A DNA stretch of 64,000 nt from Dicyema japonicum (taxonomy: Eukaryota > Animalia > Dicyemida), in assembly GCA_011109175.1 (NCBI GenBank), contig RDEW01000064.1:145270-209269 (forward strand). The letters run 5' to 3'. Every line of letters begins with the position of its first letter. Position 1 is the stretch's first letter. The position numbers and the translations under genes are program-made. Positions 51,850 to 63,524 of this stretch are shown piece after piece. A model generated the notes under the pieces. The model searched no databases, was not told the origin of the DNA, and worked only from the letters and a program-made list of their open reading frames with translations.

Positions 51850-51960
51850 ACAGGCTTCGAATGTCACGTTTGGTTGCGGGAACTAGGATCACCTAACTAT
51901 TTGACATTTCTTTTGTATTTTTTTCTCGGTGATCCCGGGGTTAATAAATAAAATAATAAA
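51850..51960 (+). repeat. Dispersed repeat family B 3' end
   Basis: ggaactaggatcacctaactattt..ttctcggtgatcccggggttaataataaa matches the reverse complement of 28690-28900. Confidence 0.5.
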
Positions 51961-52059
51961 AGTTCTGTATTTTCGATATCCTAATAATACTCCCATGTCT
52001 CAATTGAATTTGACAAAAACGTGACTATTAAAAACACGTGTTTGTTAATGGCAATATCA

Positions 52060-53560
52060 CCCTAATAATGGAAAATATTAAATTTTGAACGGAAGGATGC
52101 CTAATGAATTGTGGAATGATGTGCAGTTGGTTATCAGGAACGCTGCAATAAAACATGTCAAATACAAAATGCTCTGAGTGGCTCTCTGCCAACACCCTAA
52201 ACATTGCTAAGGCTCGTAAAGCTGCTAAAATCTCTGGGAATATAGACTAGACAAGAAAACTTAACTCTGAGTTCAAAAAGGCAGCCAGGAAGGATAAGGA
52301 CTACTCGAGGTTACGCTGCAAAAAATGGAAGATGACTATAAGAGAGGTCACACTAGAAATGCGTATTTACAACTAAAAAGATTATAAACCCCCTATACGA
52401 AAATGATGGGCAAAATCAAGGACAATGACGGTGTTGAATTACTAAGCCAACAAACATCCGAAATTGATGGAGAGAATATACGGAAAGGCTATATTCAAAA
52501 ATCGTGTGCCAACCCATATATGTTAATGAAGCAACGTTGGGTGAAAGGCATAAAATCCTCGAGGAGGGATGCGTGTGGGCTACACAGCAATTAACGGGGA
52601 ACAAGACACCGGGGATTGACAACATCTCAAGCGAATTATTGAAGGCTATACCGGTGACAGCTATCACCAGTCTATTTCAAAAAAATTGTGAAACTGGTAT
52701 TTGGCCACGTGAGTGGAAAAGATCTATATTTATTCCAATACCGAAAAAAGGGGATACCTAGAACTGTTCAAACTATCGTACAATAGCCTTAATTCCCCAC
52801 GTCCGCAAAAGACTTCTAAAGATAATACAACATTGTCTAATGCCAAATGCCGAAATGATTCTACCGGATGTCCAAGCAGGATTCAGGAAGGGACGAGGCA
52901 CACGTGACCAAAAGTCCGGTGGATTAGGGGGAAAGCCCATGAATCCCAAAAGAGTGTATAAAAGCTTTTGATTCCGTTATACATGACAAGCTGTGGTCCG
53001 CTTTAAAAGAATTTGGATTCGATGCCTATCTGACATTGCTTATCAAATCTCTTTAAAGGATCAAGAAACTACTGTTAGAACAGTGTATGGAAATACCGAT
53101 TAGTTCAAAATTGGTAAAGGAGTAAGACAAGGATGCTCATTATCTCTCATCCTATTCAATATGTATGCCGAAATGATCATGACTAATTTGGATACTGTAT
53201 CAAATAACGGGATTAAAATTGGAGGCAGAAACATCAATAAATTGCGCTATGCTGACGATACAACCTTACTGGCTGAAACAGAGGATGGCCTCAGAAAGTT
53301 GATTCTAAGATTCAGAGAAGAGAGCGCCGTCTTCGGTTTATTGCTAAATAATGACGACTGGTAATAATGGAATAATAGGAACAAAAATTGGGAATGAGAA
53401 AATAGAGAGTTGCGTTAATGTTGTCTTTCTGAGATGTCTAATTAATCGGAATGGTGACGGAGGCCTGGAAATCAAGAGGCGAATTGCCATGGGACGAGAC
53501 ACCTTCCAGAGAATGAATAGAATTTGGAAAAGCAAAGATATTTGCTTAAGGCCAAATAAT
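52060..53560 (+). mobile_element. RTE (BovB-like) LINE RT, degenerate
   Basis: NKTPGIDNISSELLK; WKRSIFIPIPKKGD; QAGFRKGRGTRD; GVRQGC; LRYADDTTLLAE. Confidence 0.85.
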
Positions 53561-53747
53561 CCAATTTATTTTCCCCCTGTTTCTCTGTCAGTCCTTGTCT
53601 TTATAAATTGAACCTTTGCAGAAAGTCCGAGCCTGCCTTCGTGTCTAACTAATGATACCATACTTTGTATCTTCGGGGACTTGAATAATCAAATTCAGAA
53701 AAATCTTCCCATGTTCTAATAATTAATTATTATTTTTTACTAAAAAA

Positions 53748-53867
53748 TTGTACGACACTGTGAGTGCCCCGGCGGTCACCCAGCCAAGTACAAACACAGC
53801 CTATAAACGCTTAACTTGCGAGGTAAATATAATAAAGAGCAGGGGATTCAAAAGTGAGTCTTGTGGT
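53748..53867 (-). rRNA. 5S rRNA-like gene/pseudogene
   Basis: Minus strand ctcgcaagttaagcg..gtacttggctgggtgaccgccggggcactcacagtgtcgtacaa then T6; box A and box C are recognisable, the 5' part is diverged. Confidence 0.7.
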
Positions 53868-53944
53868 ATTCCCCTTTTCATTACAATCGTATCCTCTGCA
53901 TCTCAAAAATTATTCTCTTAATGTCAGAAGATTTCTTAACCAAT

Positions 53945-54560
53945 CAAGTAAAAGTTTTGCGATTTCAGATACGATTAGCTGACAAAACTATGCGTCATAC
54001 CAACACCAATGTCGCTGTGGAGGGATCGTCGATGCCAAAGGGCTGCACCCACTCTCGTGCAAAAGGAGTGCGAGCAGAGCACCCCGCCATGCTGCTATGA
54101 ACAACATTGTCATGCGAGCGTTTGAAGCGGCAGGTTTCCCGGCAGTACTGGAGACTGTGGGATTGGACCGCGGAGATGGGAAAAAATTGGATGGGTTAAC
54201 TATCTTTCTGTTCATTAAGGGAAAATCGCTCGTATGGGACTGCACTGTTGTGGACTCTTTTTCGAACTAGATGATGCTCAGCTCGGCGCAGTCAGCTGGA
54301 TCGGCAGCCGATCTGGCCGAGAAAATCAAGATTAAAAAATATGGCGAAATTGGAGACCGCTAACGTTTTGTATCGTTAGCAATCGAGACCTCTGGTTCGG
54401 CCGGAAATATTACAGCCTCTTTCCTAAAGGAAATCGGGGGAAAATTGGCCCACCGTAAGAAAGACGTGTGGGAAGCGGTCTGGCTGAGGCAAAGAATTGG
54501 TATCGCAGTTGTTCGCGGAAACGCTTACTCCGTGATGTCAGCAGCCGCTCTCCCCATAGT
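53945..54560 (+). mobile_element. CRE-like RLE 3' portion
   Basis: RHAAMNNIVMRA..VGLDRGDGK.LDGLTIF..GKSLVWDCTVVDSF..AIETSG..QRIGIAVVRGNAYS. Confidence 0.85.
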
Positions 54561-54670
54561 TAATAAATAATATTTTATTGTTAATAAATTTTTGAAATAA
54601 AAAAAATTATCTATGTCATAATCAACTCTGATATATATAAATTATTTATCGTTAATAAAAAAAAATTCAC

Positions 54671-55568
54671 ATGGGTATTAGACATATCAGCAAAAATATC
54701 ATTTTCTTGCTTTGTTTGATCGTTACTTGTATATTGTTTTGGAAAATTAATGTAAAAAGTTTATAATATTTAGACAAATGACAGAGTTTACAACAAAGAG
54801 ATCTTATTAGTCAGTGGATACTATAATATAGGAGGTTTTATGAAACCAGGTGGGTTTCGTAGACCTTATGAGTATTTTATGTGGATGAAAAAATTCGCCT
54901 TCATTGAAAACCATCTTGTATTTTTCTCAGACGACGAGAAAATCCTCAGAGGCATGGGTAAGATTAGAAAAAACCTTCCTACCACTTTAATTAACATAAA
55001 CAGGTCAGAATTGATTGGGTTTAAAAAAATTGAAGAAATAAAGCATATTTTCACACTTCCTGGATTTGGCTTGCATCCTGAAGAAACTGGAAATTATCAT
55101 TACTCCGCCATCATGAATTCCAAACACGATATTTTGAGACGAGCAATCGAAATGTTCTCCCATAACTTCTCATACGTTGCCTGGGTTGATGTCGGTCTTT
55201 TCCGTAACGTGAAAACTAAAAAAATGTATAAACTGGAAAAAACAAAATACATTTACGATACACGTGTCACTATGAGTCAAGTATTCACTTATAGAGAATA
55301 TCCTATCGAAAATGTCATAAAAAATTCAAGAGTTTGGGTATCTGGAGCTATATTTATAGGTCATGTTGACCTAATGTACAAATTTTGTGATAATTACGAA
55401 AGGTTCTTTCTAAAATTGTTGTCCCTTAAGCTGATGGCGACTGACGAACAAGTACTTTACTCAATGTACACACTCGAAGGACTCGGACTTGTGAATAATA
55501 CAATAAGATTGAGCGTCTATCAATGCGGTTATTATTCAATTTACAGGCTTCTAACAAACGTGAAATAA
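54671..55568 (+). CDS. HtrL/YibB-like type II membrane protein (join 54671-54751, 54774-55568; 3' end may extend via another intron)
   Basis: 27-codon exon with a TM helix, 22-nt gt..ag intron in phase, then LVSGYYNIG..Y..WM..F..IENHLVFFSD..MNSKHD..WVDVGLFR..SGAIFIG..DEQVLY, typical of HtrL-like proteins; no disablement seen. Confidence 0.7.
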
Positions 55569-55784
55569 TCTGATTATTGTTACACTTAGTTTTAGTTCTA
55601 AAATGGGTTTATTTGGTGTTTTACAGATTATTTATCAGTTTGCTATTTATAATCAGCTTTGGGATAAATTAATTGGTTTATAGCATCGGGAATACCCAGT
55701 TACTCCCGAATTTAGTTATCGCAAATAATGAAAAAAAAGGTATCACTCGCAGATTTTTTTAATATAAAATCGACCCAATTAAAT

Positions 55785-58700
55785 TATCATTATTACTCGC
55801 TTCTTCCACCTGGACCTTTCTCATCTTGGAGGAGCTGATACCTGATAATTCTCCGTTTCCTCTTCGCCACCGTTCTCAACTGAGTTTTTAGTTCCACCAA
55901 GTGATTGGTTGCTGCGACAAAGTTCTCGATAGTGGATACTTCTTATTTATGCTCAACCAAGCATACTCTCCAACGTCTTTTGAGGACGACGGATTGAATA
56001 CACGTAATATTTATAATACTTCGAAATGGCACCGTCCCACGTTAAAACAACATGGATGACTTTGAATAGAGCACCTTATGTAGTTTGAGTTCTCCAGCCA
56101 ATAAATAGTATTTATACCAGAGTCTTCAGTTTCTTTGAATTTTGATGCCGTACATTCTGCTAAAGTGTAAATGTAATAGCCTAACCTTTTCTTTGTGCCT
56201 TCTGATGTTGTTACTGTTCAGCATCCTGTTCCAGCAGGCATATGATGTATCGAATTAGCAAAAACAGGTTCCTGTCTTCAAAAAATGCTATGCCCCAGAT
56301 CTCAAAATAAAAACATATTATGTTCGTTTTGCGAATATTCATGTTAGGTACCATTTTTTGAATTCATTTGGAGCTAATTCCAATAGGTCTGATCTATCTT
56401 TCGATGTAAAGTCAACGTCGTCAGCATAAGTGGATGCTTCTATGTTACTCTCATAAAATCTTGGAAGATCACTTATCGCCGTTTTCTAGTATATGACAGA
56501 TAGCAAAGGTGAGAGGGAGTCCCCTTGAGGAGTACCCACATTATATAGGAATTCTCTTGACGTAGTTTTTGTCAATTCGATTTCTTAACTTTGGTTGGAT
56601 ATGAGAACTCTATCATTTTCAAAGATTCAGAATCTAGAAATTCTTCCACTGTCTTCAGTAGTAGATCTCGACGAACAGTGTCAAAGGCCCTCGATAAGTC
56701 TAAACCAAGGATAGTCTATGCGAGTTATCATTGATTTACAGCGCAGCGTTACTTGTGGCTCCATAATAAATCCATCGTTGATCTTTCTGTTCTGAATCCA
56801 CTATGACTTTGTGAACAAGTCCTGAATCCACTATTAGGTTTTCCATTGGGCCAGCTGGCTTGTTTCGGGTCTGGATTTGGATTAGTAGTTCAGATCCAAG
56901 CAATAAGTATTCAATTCTGGCAAACAACGTTTTTTTAAGCGGCAAATAATGTAGTCAATTTAATTAAAGTTATTGATTATTTTTCCCGTGGAACAAATTC
57001 TTCTTCCAGTCCTCGTAGTTTTATGACAAGTGAAATACTGACAGCAATTGTTGCTTAAAGAAGACTAAATGATTGGCAAAAGTGGGTCAGTGTCGATCCA
57101 GGGAATTTTCAGATTTTTTTTTCCATGCCGACCGATAGGTCAATTCACTCATTCAGTTGACCTTGGATTACGGAAATATCCCCGATAGGATCGGCCTCAG
57201 GAAAAGGCTGAATTGCAAGTCTTTTAAGTGATACCTGGATAACGTACATCCATCCAAGTTTAACCCAAAGAGGGTTAGGAAGTCGGGACAGTTTAATATC
57301 ACCCACCGATAGGTCAATTCACTCATTCAGTTGACCTTGGATTACGGAAATATCCCCGATAGGATCGGCCTCAGGAAAAGGCTGAATTGCAAGTCTTTTA
57401 AGTGATACCTGGATAACGTACATCCATCAAAGTTTAACCCAAAGAGGGTTAGGAAGTCGGGACAGTTTAATATCACCCCAATAAATCTTATAGATAAGAA
57501 GAGTCACACTGAGTTAAGTATCGACCACCAGCTAACGAATCCAATGTGAATATTTTCTTTTTGGATTTGCGACGAAATGGGGGATGCCCAGGTTTATTGC
57601 TGAATTAAATCAGAGTTGGTTTTACTTTAAGAAAAACAAACTCAGACGAGATGATTCATGCCTTACATATTTTGGGGCTTCTTTGTGGAAGAATGCAAGG
57701 AATGTAATAACTACCAAATATTCATCCACTTTGTCTTTCATTTCAGAAATCAGACTTTCTCGTGCAACCGGAAAGTCAAGGATGCGTGGCTGTGAATGCC
57801 GAAACCAGAAGCTTAGAGATGGTGGAATTCGGGGACCCGAACACTAAGTGGTCTTTTACTTAATTTATTATCTCCCTTTGAATAAATGAAATTTATTAAT
57901 ACAGATTTGGTGAGGTTAAACGTGAGGGGTAGATGAAATATCATGGATCCTTGATGCGTCTAGACTTCTCTCTGGGATCTCTCGTAGACCAGTCATTACT
58001 AAATAGATTTGGTGTATGAAGGCAGATCATAGCCCTTCAGACGAAAGACCACTATTTTCTTCACAGTCACTCCCAGTGGTATTAATAGATTCCGGTCCTC
58101 ATTCAACTTCGAGTCAGATCTCATAATGAGAGCAAACTTTATAGTGGATTTCATGCTCTTTTCAACAAGATAATTTTTCATGAGAGAAATACCATTTCCG
58201 CATCCATATAATAGTAATGGCAGAATGACTCCTTAGAAGACCAAGAGAAAACTATCCAACCTAGCATTCGGAGACACAGCAATATCTTATTTACTTTTGT
58301 CTCGGATATAATTAACATTTAGTTCTCCAATATAACTGTTAAAAAGAGATTACTTTATTCCCCCAACTTTATTAATGCGGCGCCTTCACTCTGGATCGCT
58401 ATGGAGACCACCTGGGTGAGCCATTGCGTTACGCGGTCATCATGGTTTCAAAGCGAGGCAATACATACGAGTTTTTCGTGGAAGACTAAAGACTTACTGC
58501 TTATCGCTCCGGTTGTCTCTACAGCAATCGCGCGGGAGGTATATCGGTCGAAGAGTCATCTATACTTATTTTCTTTAGCTCTCTCCAATTTCTGCTTTCG
58601 TCGCACCCGGTGATGTTGAGGGACAAATAGTCAAAACATGTGGAATCTAAGAATAACGGTTTCCCCTTTTCGAACGGAAAGATTGTTCCTCCATCTATTC

Positions 58701-58850
58701 GCTTTTCGCCTCCCTTGTCTAGGAAAATGGGTACCAATATGATAGGGTCTCCGCCAGACTCCAGTGTGTGTGTCACAGAATCATTCAAGTTACTATGCTG
58801 CGGGAATCTCCCAAAAACTCTTCTGCAAAAGGGGGGTGATGTCGGTAAGT
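55785..58850 (-). repeat. Right arm of composite inverted duplication
   Basis: Reverse-complement match to 31080-34310; contains an RTE fragment at 55785-57090 on the minus strand. Confidence 0.8.
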
Positions 58851-59235
58851 GTCGATAATTTCTCCCATAATCAACAGATGACCATATTTTCATTTGAGGC
58901 CGGGAAACCACTGGTTTGGGATGTGACATGTACAGACACGTTCGCCCAAAGAAATCTTCACGAGAGTGCTACAAGGGCCTGTTCAGCATCCGTAAAGGCG
59001 GAGAAGGCCAAACTCGTTAAATAGGTCGACCTTCCCGATGATGTCAAATTTGTTCCCCTTGCTATGGAGACTTCCGGATCCTACTCCCCCTCTACACTTG
59101 AGTTTTTCGGACGTCTTGGAAACCGGATCACCTCATGCACTGGAGATCTCCGTGAACGCCGCTGCCTATTTGAGCGAATTTCGCTCGCAATTTTGAGAGG
59201 GAACAGCCACGCAGTGAGGGCGGCAGCTACCTGAC
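58430..59235 (+). mobile_element. CRE-like RLE 3' portion
   Basis: GKPLVWDVTCTDTFA..KAEKAKLVK..FVPLAMETSG..RERRCLFERISLAILRGNS. Confidence 0.75.
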
Positions 59236-59639
59236 TTCTATTGTTTAAATATTGTTTAACGGTTTAAAAAAAATCAACAGTGTGTCTGGAATATTCTACC
59301 CCCGTTTCCGGTATATCTTCCTTTTTTCAAATTCATGTTATAGATAACATTATTTTATTTGCTTTTTATTAATAATAATTGCTAAGACAAAAGATAGGTA
59401 TAGCCATACACCGAGGGAACTTGTTCGCAATCTACGCAGCAGGCTTCCTCAACTAACATTTGTTTAATTGTTAAAAAAAATTTTGTTAATAATAATAAAT
59501 AAGGCGATTTTTGTCAATAAAGTCAAAAATTCATATGTTCTTTAAAATTATTTAAAACTTATAAAAATGTGATTTTAAATAAAAAAAATATTCTATAAAT
59601 CAAAAGTTATAAAGTCAAAAAAAGTCAAAATTTAACTTT

Positions 59640-60400
59640 TTTTGCCGAACGATCCATCGAGGCAACGTGACTGGAATAATATCTTCGACGTGCTAAAGTC
59701 TGAGGTCAACCAGCATCGTCTTGCATGCCTCGTGTCCGCCGCCAACCATGGGAGCGGAGCGTAGCTAGATGCACTCCCGTGTTCCTCCCTGGGGACCCTT
59801 TTGGACGATGACTGTATTCGGATTGGGATCAACCCTGAGAGTTGATGTTTGCGTCGGACATTAATGTCGTTGTGGAGGGATCGTCGATGTCAAAGGGCTG
59901 CACCCGCTCTCGTGCAAAAGGACTGCGAGAAGAGCACCTTGCCATGCTGCTATGAACAACATTGTCATGCGAGCTCTTGAAGCGGCAGGCTTCCCGGCAG
60001 TACTGGAGCCTGTGGGATTGGACCGCGGAGATGGGAAAAGACCGGATGGGTTAACTATCTTTCCGTTCACTGACGGAAAATCGCTCGTATGGGACTGCAC
60101 TGTTGTGGATTCTTTCTCGAACTCGATGATACTCAGCTCGGCACAGTCTGCTGGATCGGCAGCCGATTTGGCCGAGAAAATCAAGATTGGAGATCGCTAC
60201 CGTTTGTACCGGTAGCAATCGAGACGTCTGGTGCGGCCGGAAGTATTACAGCTTTTTTCCTAAAGGAAATCAGGGGGAAATTGGCCCACCGCAAGAAAGA
60301 AGTGCGGGAAGCGGTCTGCCTGAGACAACGAATTGGTATCGCAGTTGTCCGCGGAAACGCTTACTCTTTGATGTCAGCAGCCGCTCTCCCCTATAGTTAA
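59640..60400 (+). mobile_element. CRE-like RLE 3' portion
   Basis: GKRPDGLTIFPFTDGKSLVWDCTVVDSF..PVAIETSG..QRIGIAVVRGNAYS. Confidence 0.85.
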
Positions 60401-60497
60401 TAAATAATATTTTATTGTTAATAGATTTTTCGTTTAGTAAAGTCGAAAATTTTATCGATTTTATTTATTAATTTTTCGAGTTTTTGAATAAGTCGAA

Positions 60498-61459
60498 TAG
60501 TGCTGGTAGAAAAAACCGGTTTCGTAGTTACAAACTTTTTTGGCGTATAGCTATTAATTTTTTAACTGAATTAAAGTGTTTTGAGTTGACTAGATGTATA
60601 ATTTTTTTATTTATAAAAAATTTCCTTAATCGTCTAAAATTTTAAAAATTTCAATTTAGCGAGTGAATAAAAAACCGTTTGATTATTGTTTGATTTATTT
60701 CAGTTCTTGTTTTTTTGTGTTTTTTTAGCAGATTTTAAATACAATAATTAAAGGAAAGATCCCTCTCTTTTGGAGTTAAAATGGACGATAAAAGATATCG
60801 CAGAACATTTAAATATCCAAAATCGACAATCGGAGATTTTCAAAGAAAATTCAAAAAAATCAAACCACGAGGCTTTCTGGTTCCGGACGTCCTAAAAAGC
60901 TTCAAAAAACAGACATTGAAAATCTATTACATCTTATTGAATGCGATCCAAAAAATAAAACATTTTACTGGTAGTGGTGTATGTAGAAAAACAATTGGGA
61001 ATTATTTCTAATTTTCTAATTAGAAAATATGTCAACGTAAACCGTTGTTAGATATGGTCTGGTAAAAAACATAGTAATCAGATTTGAACGCATGGAAAAC
61101 TACTATTTTCTCTGATGAAGCATCTTTTCAGGTTTTTTGACTAAAAAGGAAATTCAGTTATCGAAAAAAGATTTTCCACTCTGAATTGAGGCATATGACG
61201 CCGACAGTTAAGTTTGGTGGAGGTGGTGCTATGGTTTGGGACTGTATCTTCTATCAAGTAGTTGGCAAATTAGTTTTTGTCAGTGGGACATTGAATTCCA
61301 CTAAATATATAAATATTTCGATGATATTATAAAATATTTTTTAATAAATAAAAAAATATACCAAAATAGAGATTAAGCTTATGATTTACGTTGAAAAATT
61401 AAAAGCTATAATCCAAAAAAGTTTATAACAGCAAAACCGGTTTTTTTCTACCAGGACTG
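60498..61459 (+). mobile_element. Tc1-family transposon, internally deleted, with about 150-180 bp TIRs
   Basis: Ends (c)AGTGCTGGTAGAAAAAACCGG and CCGG..TCTACCAGGACTG|TA; internal PTVKFGGGGAMVWDC..GTLNSTKYINI. Confidence 0.8.
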
Positions 61460-61844
61460 TATTTACGTTTCATATACTGCTATGTCGCGTTCAATCAGGT
61501 AGGTCATTGAAAAGGTTAAGACTGATATTAGAAAATATCCTTGCGATTTTTTTATCAACTCACGAATTTTCTAACAAAAGATTTTTTTTAATCTTTCGTC
61601 TAAGAAACATTTCAAACTTACAAGTATTTCACGGGTGCCACTGTAAAAATATCTAATTTTCTCATTTCATCTACCGACTCTAGAATCAAAAAGGTCACTA
61701 ATGCGCAGTCGAATATGGTTTTCCTTTCATAAGTATTAAAGTTGACAAAACTTGTTTAAGGGTATTAGAAATTATTTTACTTCTTCCTTCAATTCATAAA
61801 AATGTATAAATTTATGACAAGAAACTCGAATCGGCTCAATAATC

Positions 61845-61935
61845 TAAAGGGTCACCAAGGATCCACATGAGAAAGGATGGCTTCGAGAGCGCAGCTATCG
61901 TCAGAGGAAACAGCATGTCCATTCAAGCTCCCTAA
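61845..61935 (+). mobile_element. CRE-like 3' terminus
   Basis: Homologous to 16720-16802 (..IVRGNSMSIQAP*). Confidence 0.55.
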
Positions 61936-62439
61936 CTTTTAATTTCTTAAAATTAATTGTTTATTAATAAAAAAATTAATTAAAAAAAGAAACTTGAAAA
62001 AAGCTATTTTTGAGTTTTTTGATGCTTTTATTGTAGAGGTGTGTCTATTCGTAAAGTGCGGTTTAACAGATTCAAAAATTGTATTTCAGTAAGGATTTAT
62101 TAAAAATTAAAAAGTATCTGGAATCTAGATTAATTAGTTATAAGCTATTTTTTCTGCTACAAAAAATGGAAAAATATCATACTTTTCCATGCATATACGA
62201 ATATTTGAAAAAATTCCTTCCACTGAAAAATTATTCTCTAAAGACCGAGATTTTTAGCCTGAAAACGTTTTTAATTGCATCATTCTATATTTTAATACAG
62301 TTTTTGATTAGTTTTTTTTTTCATATTAAAAAAATTTTTTTGCAGATAAATTTGTCATAAAGTCAAAAAAAGGTCAACATTTTGAATTTATAAAGTATAA
62401 ATAAAAATCGCCCGAATAATAGGACCAGTGACCGTGGTT

Positions 62440-62610
62440 ATGTCAAACTAACTAATCACGTGATCCCAGCACACTCTAGAAGAGAACTAAACTTGGCCTG
62501 ATGCTGATCTTTCGACCTCACACAAGCACGCATCGGCCAAATGAATGCATCTTCACAACGGCACGTTCCACGGTTCATGCGCATCGTGGATTCTAGAGGC
62601 ATGGAGGCTG
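62440..62610 (-). mobile_element. LINE 3' end (AGIT* family)
   Basis: Reverse-complement homologue of 11020-11205. Confidence 0.5.
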
Positions 62611-63524
62611 GAACTCTCCAGAAATTTTTTTTTTTAATTTTGAATCTTTTAGTAAATTATTGTTTTTTCATGTTGAGCATCCTATAACGTAGAGCCTATA
62701 GAGCCTAAATATAGAATGTGCTAATTATTTATTAAAAATTTTATTAAAAATAGTATTTTTATTTAATTGTAGAACCCCAAAATCATGTCTGCGGGGGATC
62801 ACTGATCTAGAGGAAGTCTTATACAATAAACTCTCCCAAATTTGCCATTTTTGGTTTTAAAAATTGGCAAATTTCAGAATTTAATCAATAATTTTATGAT
62901 AGTTATGGGGGAACTTCTCAACGATGAAAATAACTAAATTTGATTTTATTGCGAAAAAACTTATTTAAAAAGTGAACGAGGAAACTCGTTTGCAATCCAC
63001 GCAGCAGGCTTCCTCAACTGACATTTGTTTAATTGTTAAAAAAAATTTTTTTTAAAAAAAGTGAACTATTAAATTTTATCGAAATAAAATTCAATTCCCA
63101 TTTGCTTCCATTTTATATTTCTAATATTTGCATTAAAACTTCTCATAGATGTAGTGAGGACGAAACCTTCTCGTTTTCAACGTTCACAAAAAAATCCATT
63201 TCAATTTCCCTGAAATTGGATGCTATTTCATTCTTGTTTAGGGTTTCATTTCAGTAGTTTCTTCGTGGATGAGTATCTCATTATCATCAATTTATGATGT
63301 TATTTATTCTTCACCCATTGCATTTTTTCAGAATAATGTATAGACAAAAATTCTTCGATTTCAATGGGATCGTGAATATCCGTATTAATAATATTTCTTA
63401 TGTTCACATTTACTAAAGTTGTGCTAGTACTCCAATTTTTTAGAATTTAAAAACAATTTTTGATTCTATTTCCAATAATCGAGTAAGATACTCCAATTTG
63501 TGTCTATTAAAGTGGACTTTGATT

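Noticed and set aside
3515-62470. Recurrent GTGATCYCAGC-like motif at junctions (3517, 5352, 9671, 11490, 15119, 62458), at first suggesting a recombination signal or CRE target site
   Set aside because: On the opposite strand it encodes the conserved end of a LINE ORF ((L/Y)xEAGIT*, EIT*, AGFM*), and 62440-62610 is homologous to 11020-11205. These are 5'-truncated LINE 3' ends. The instance at 51927 belongs to repeat family B.
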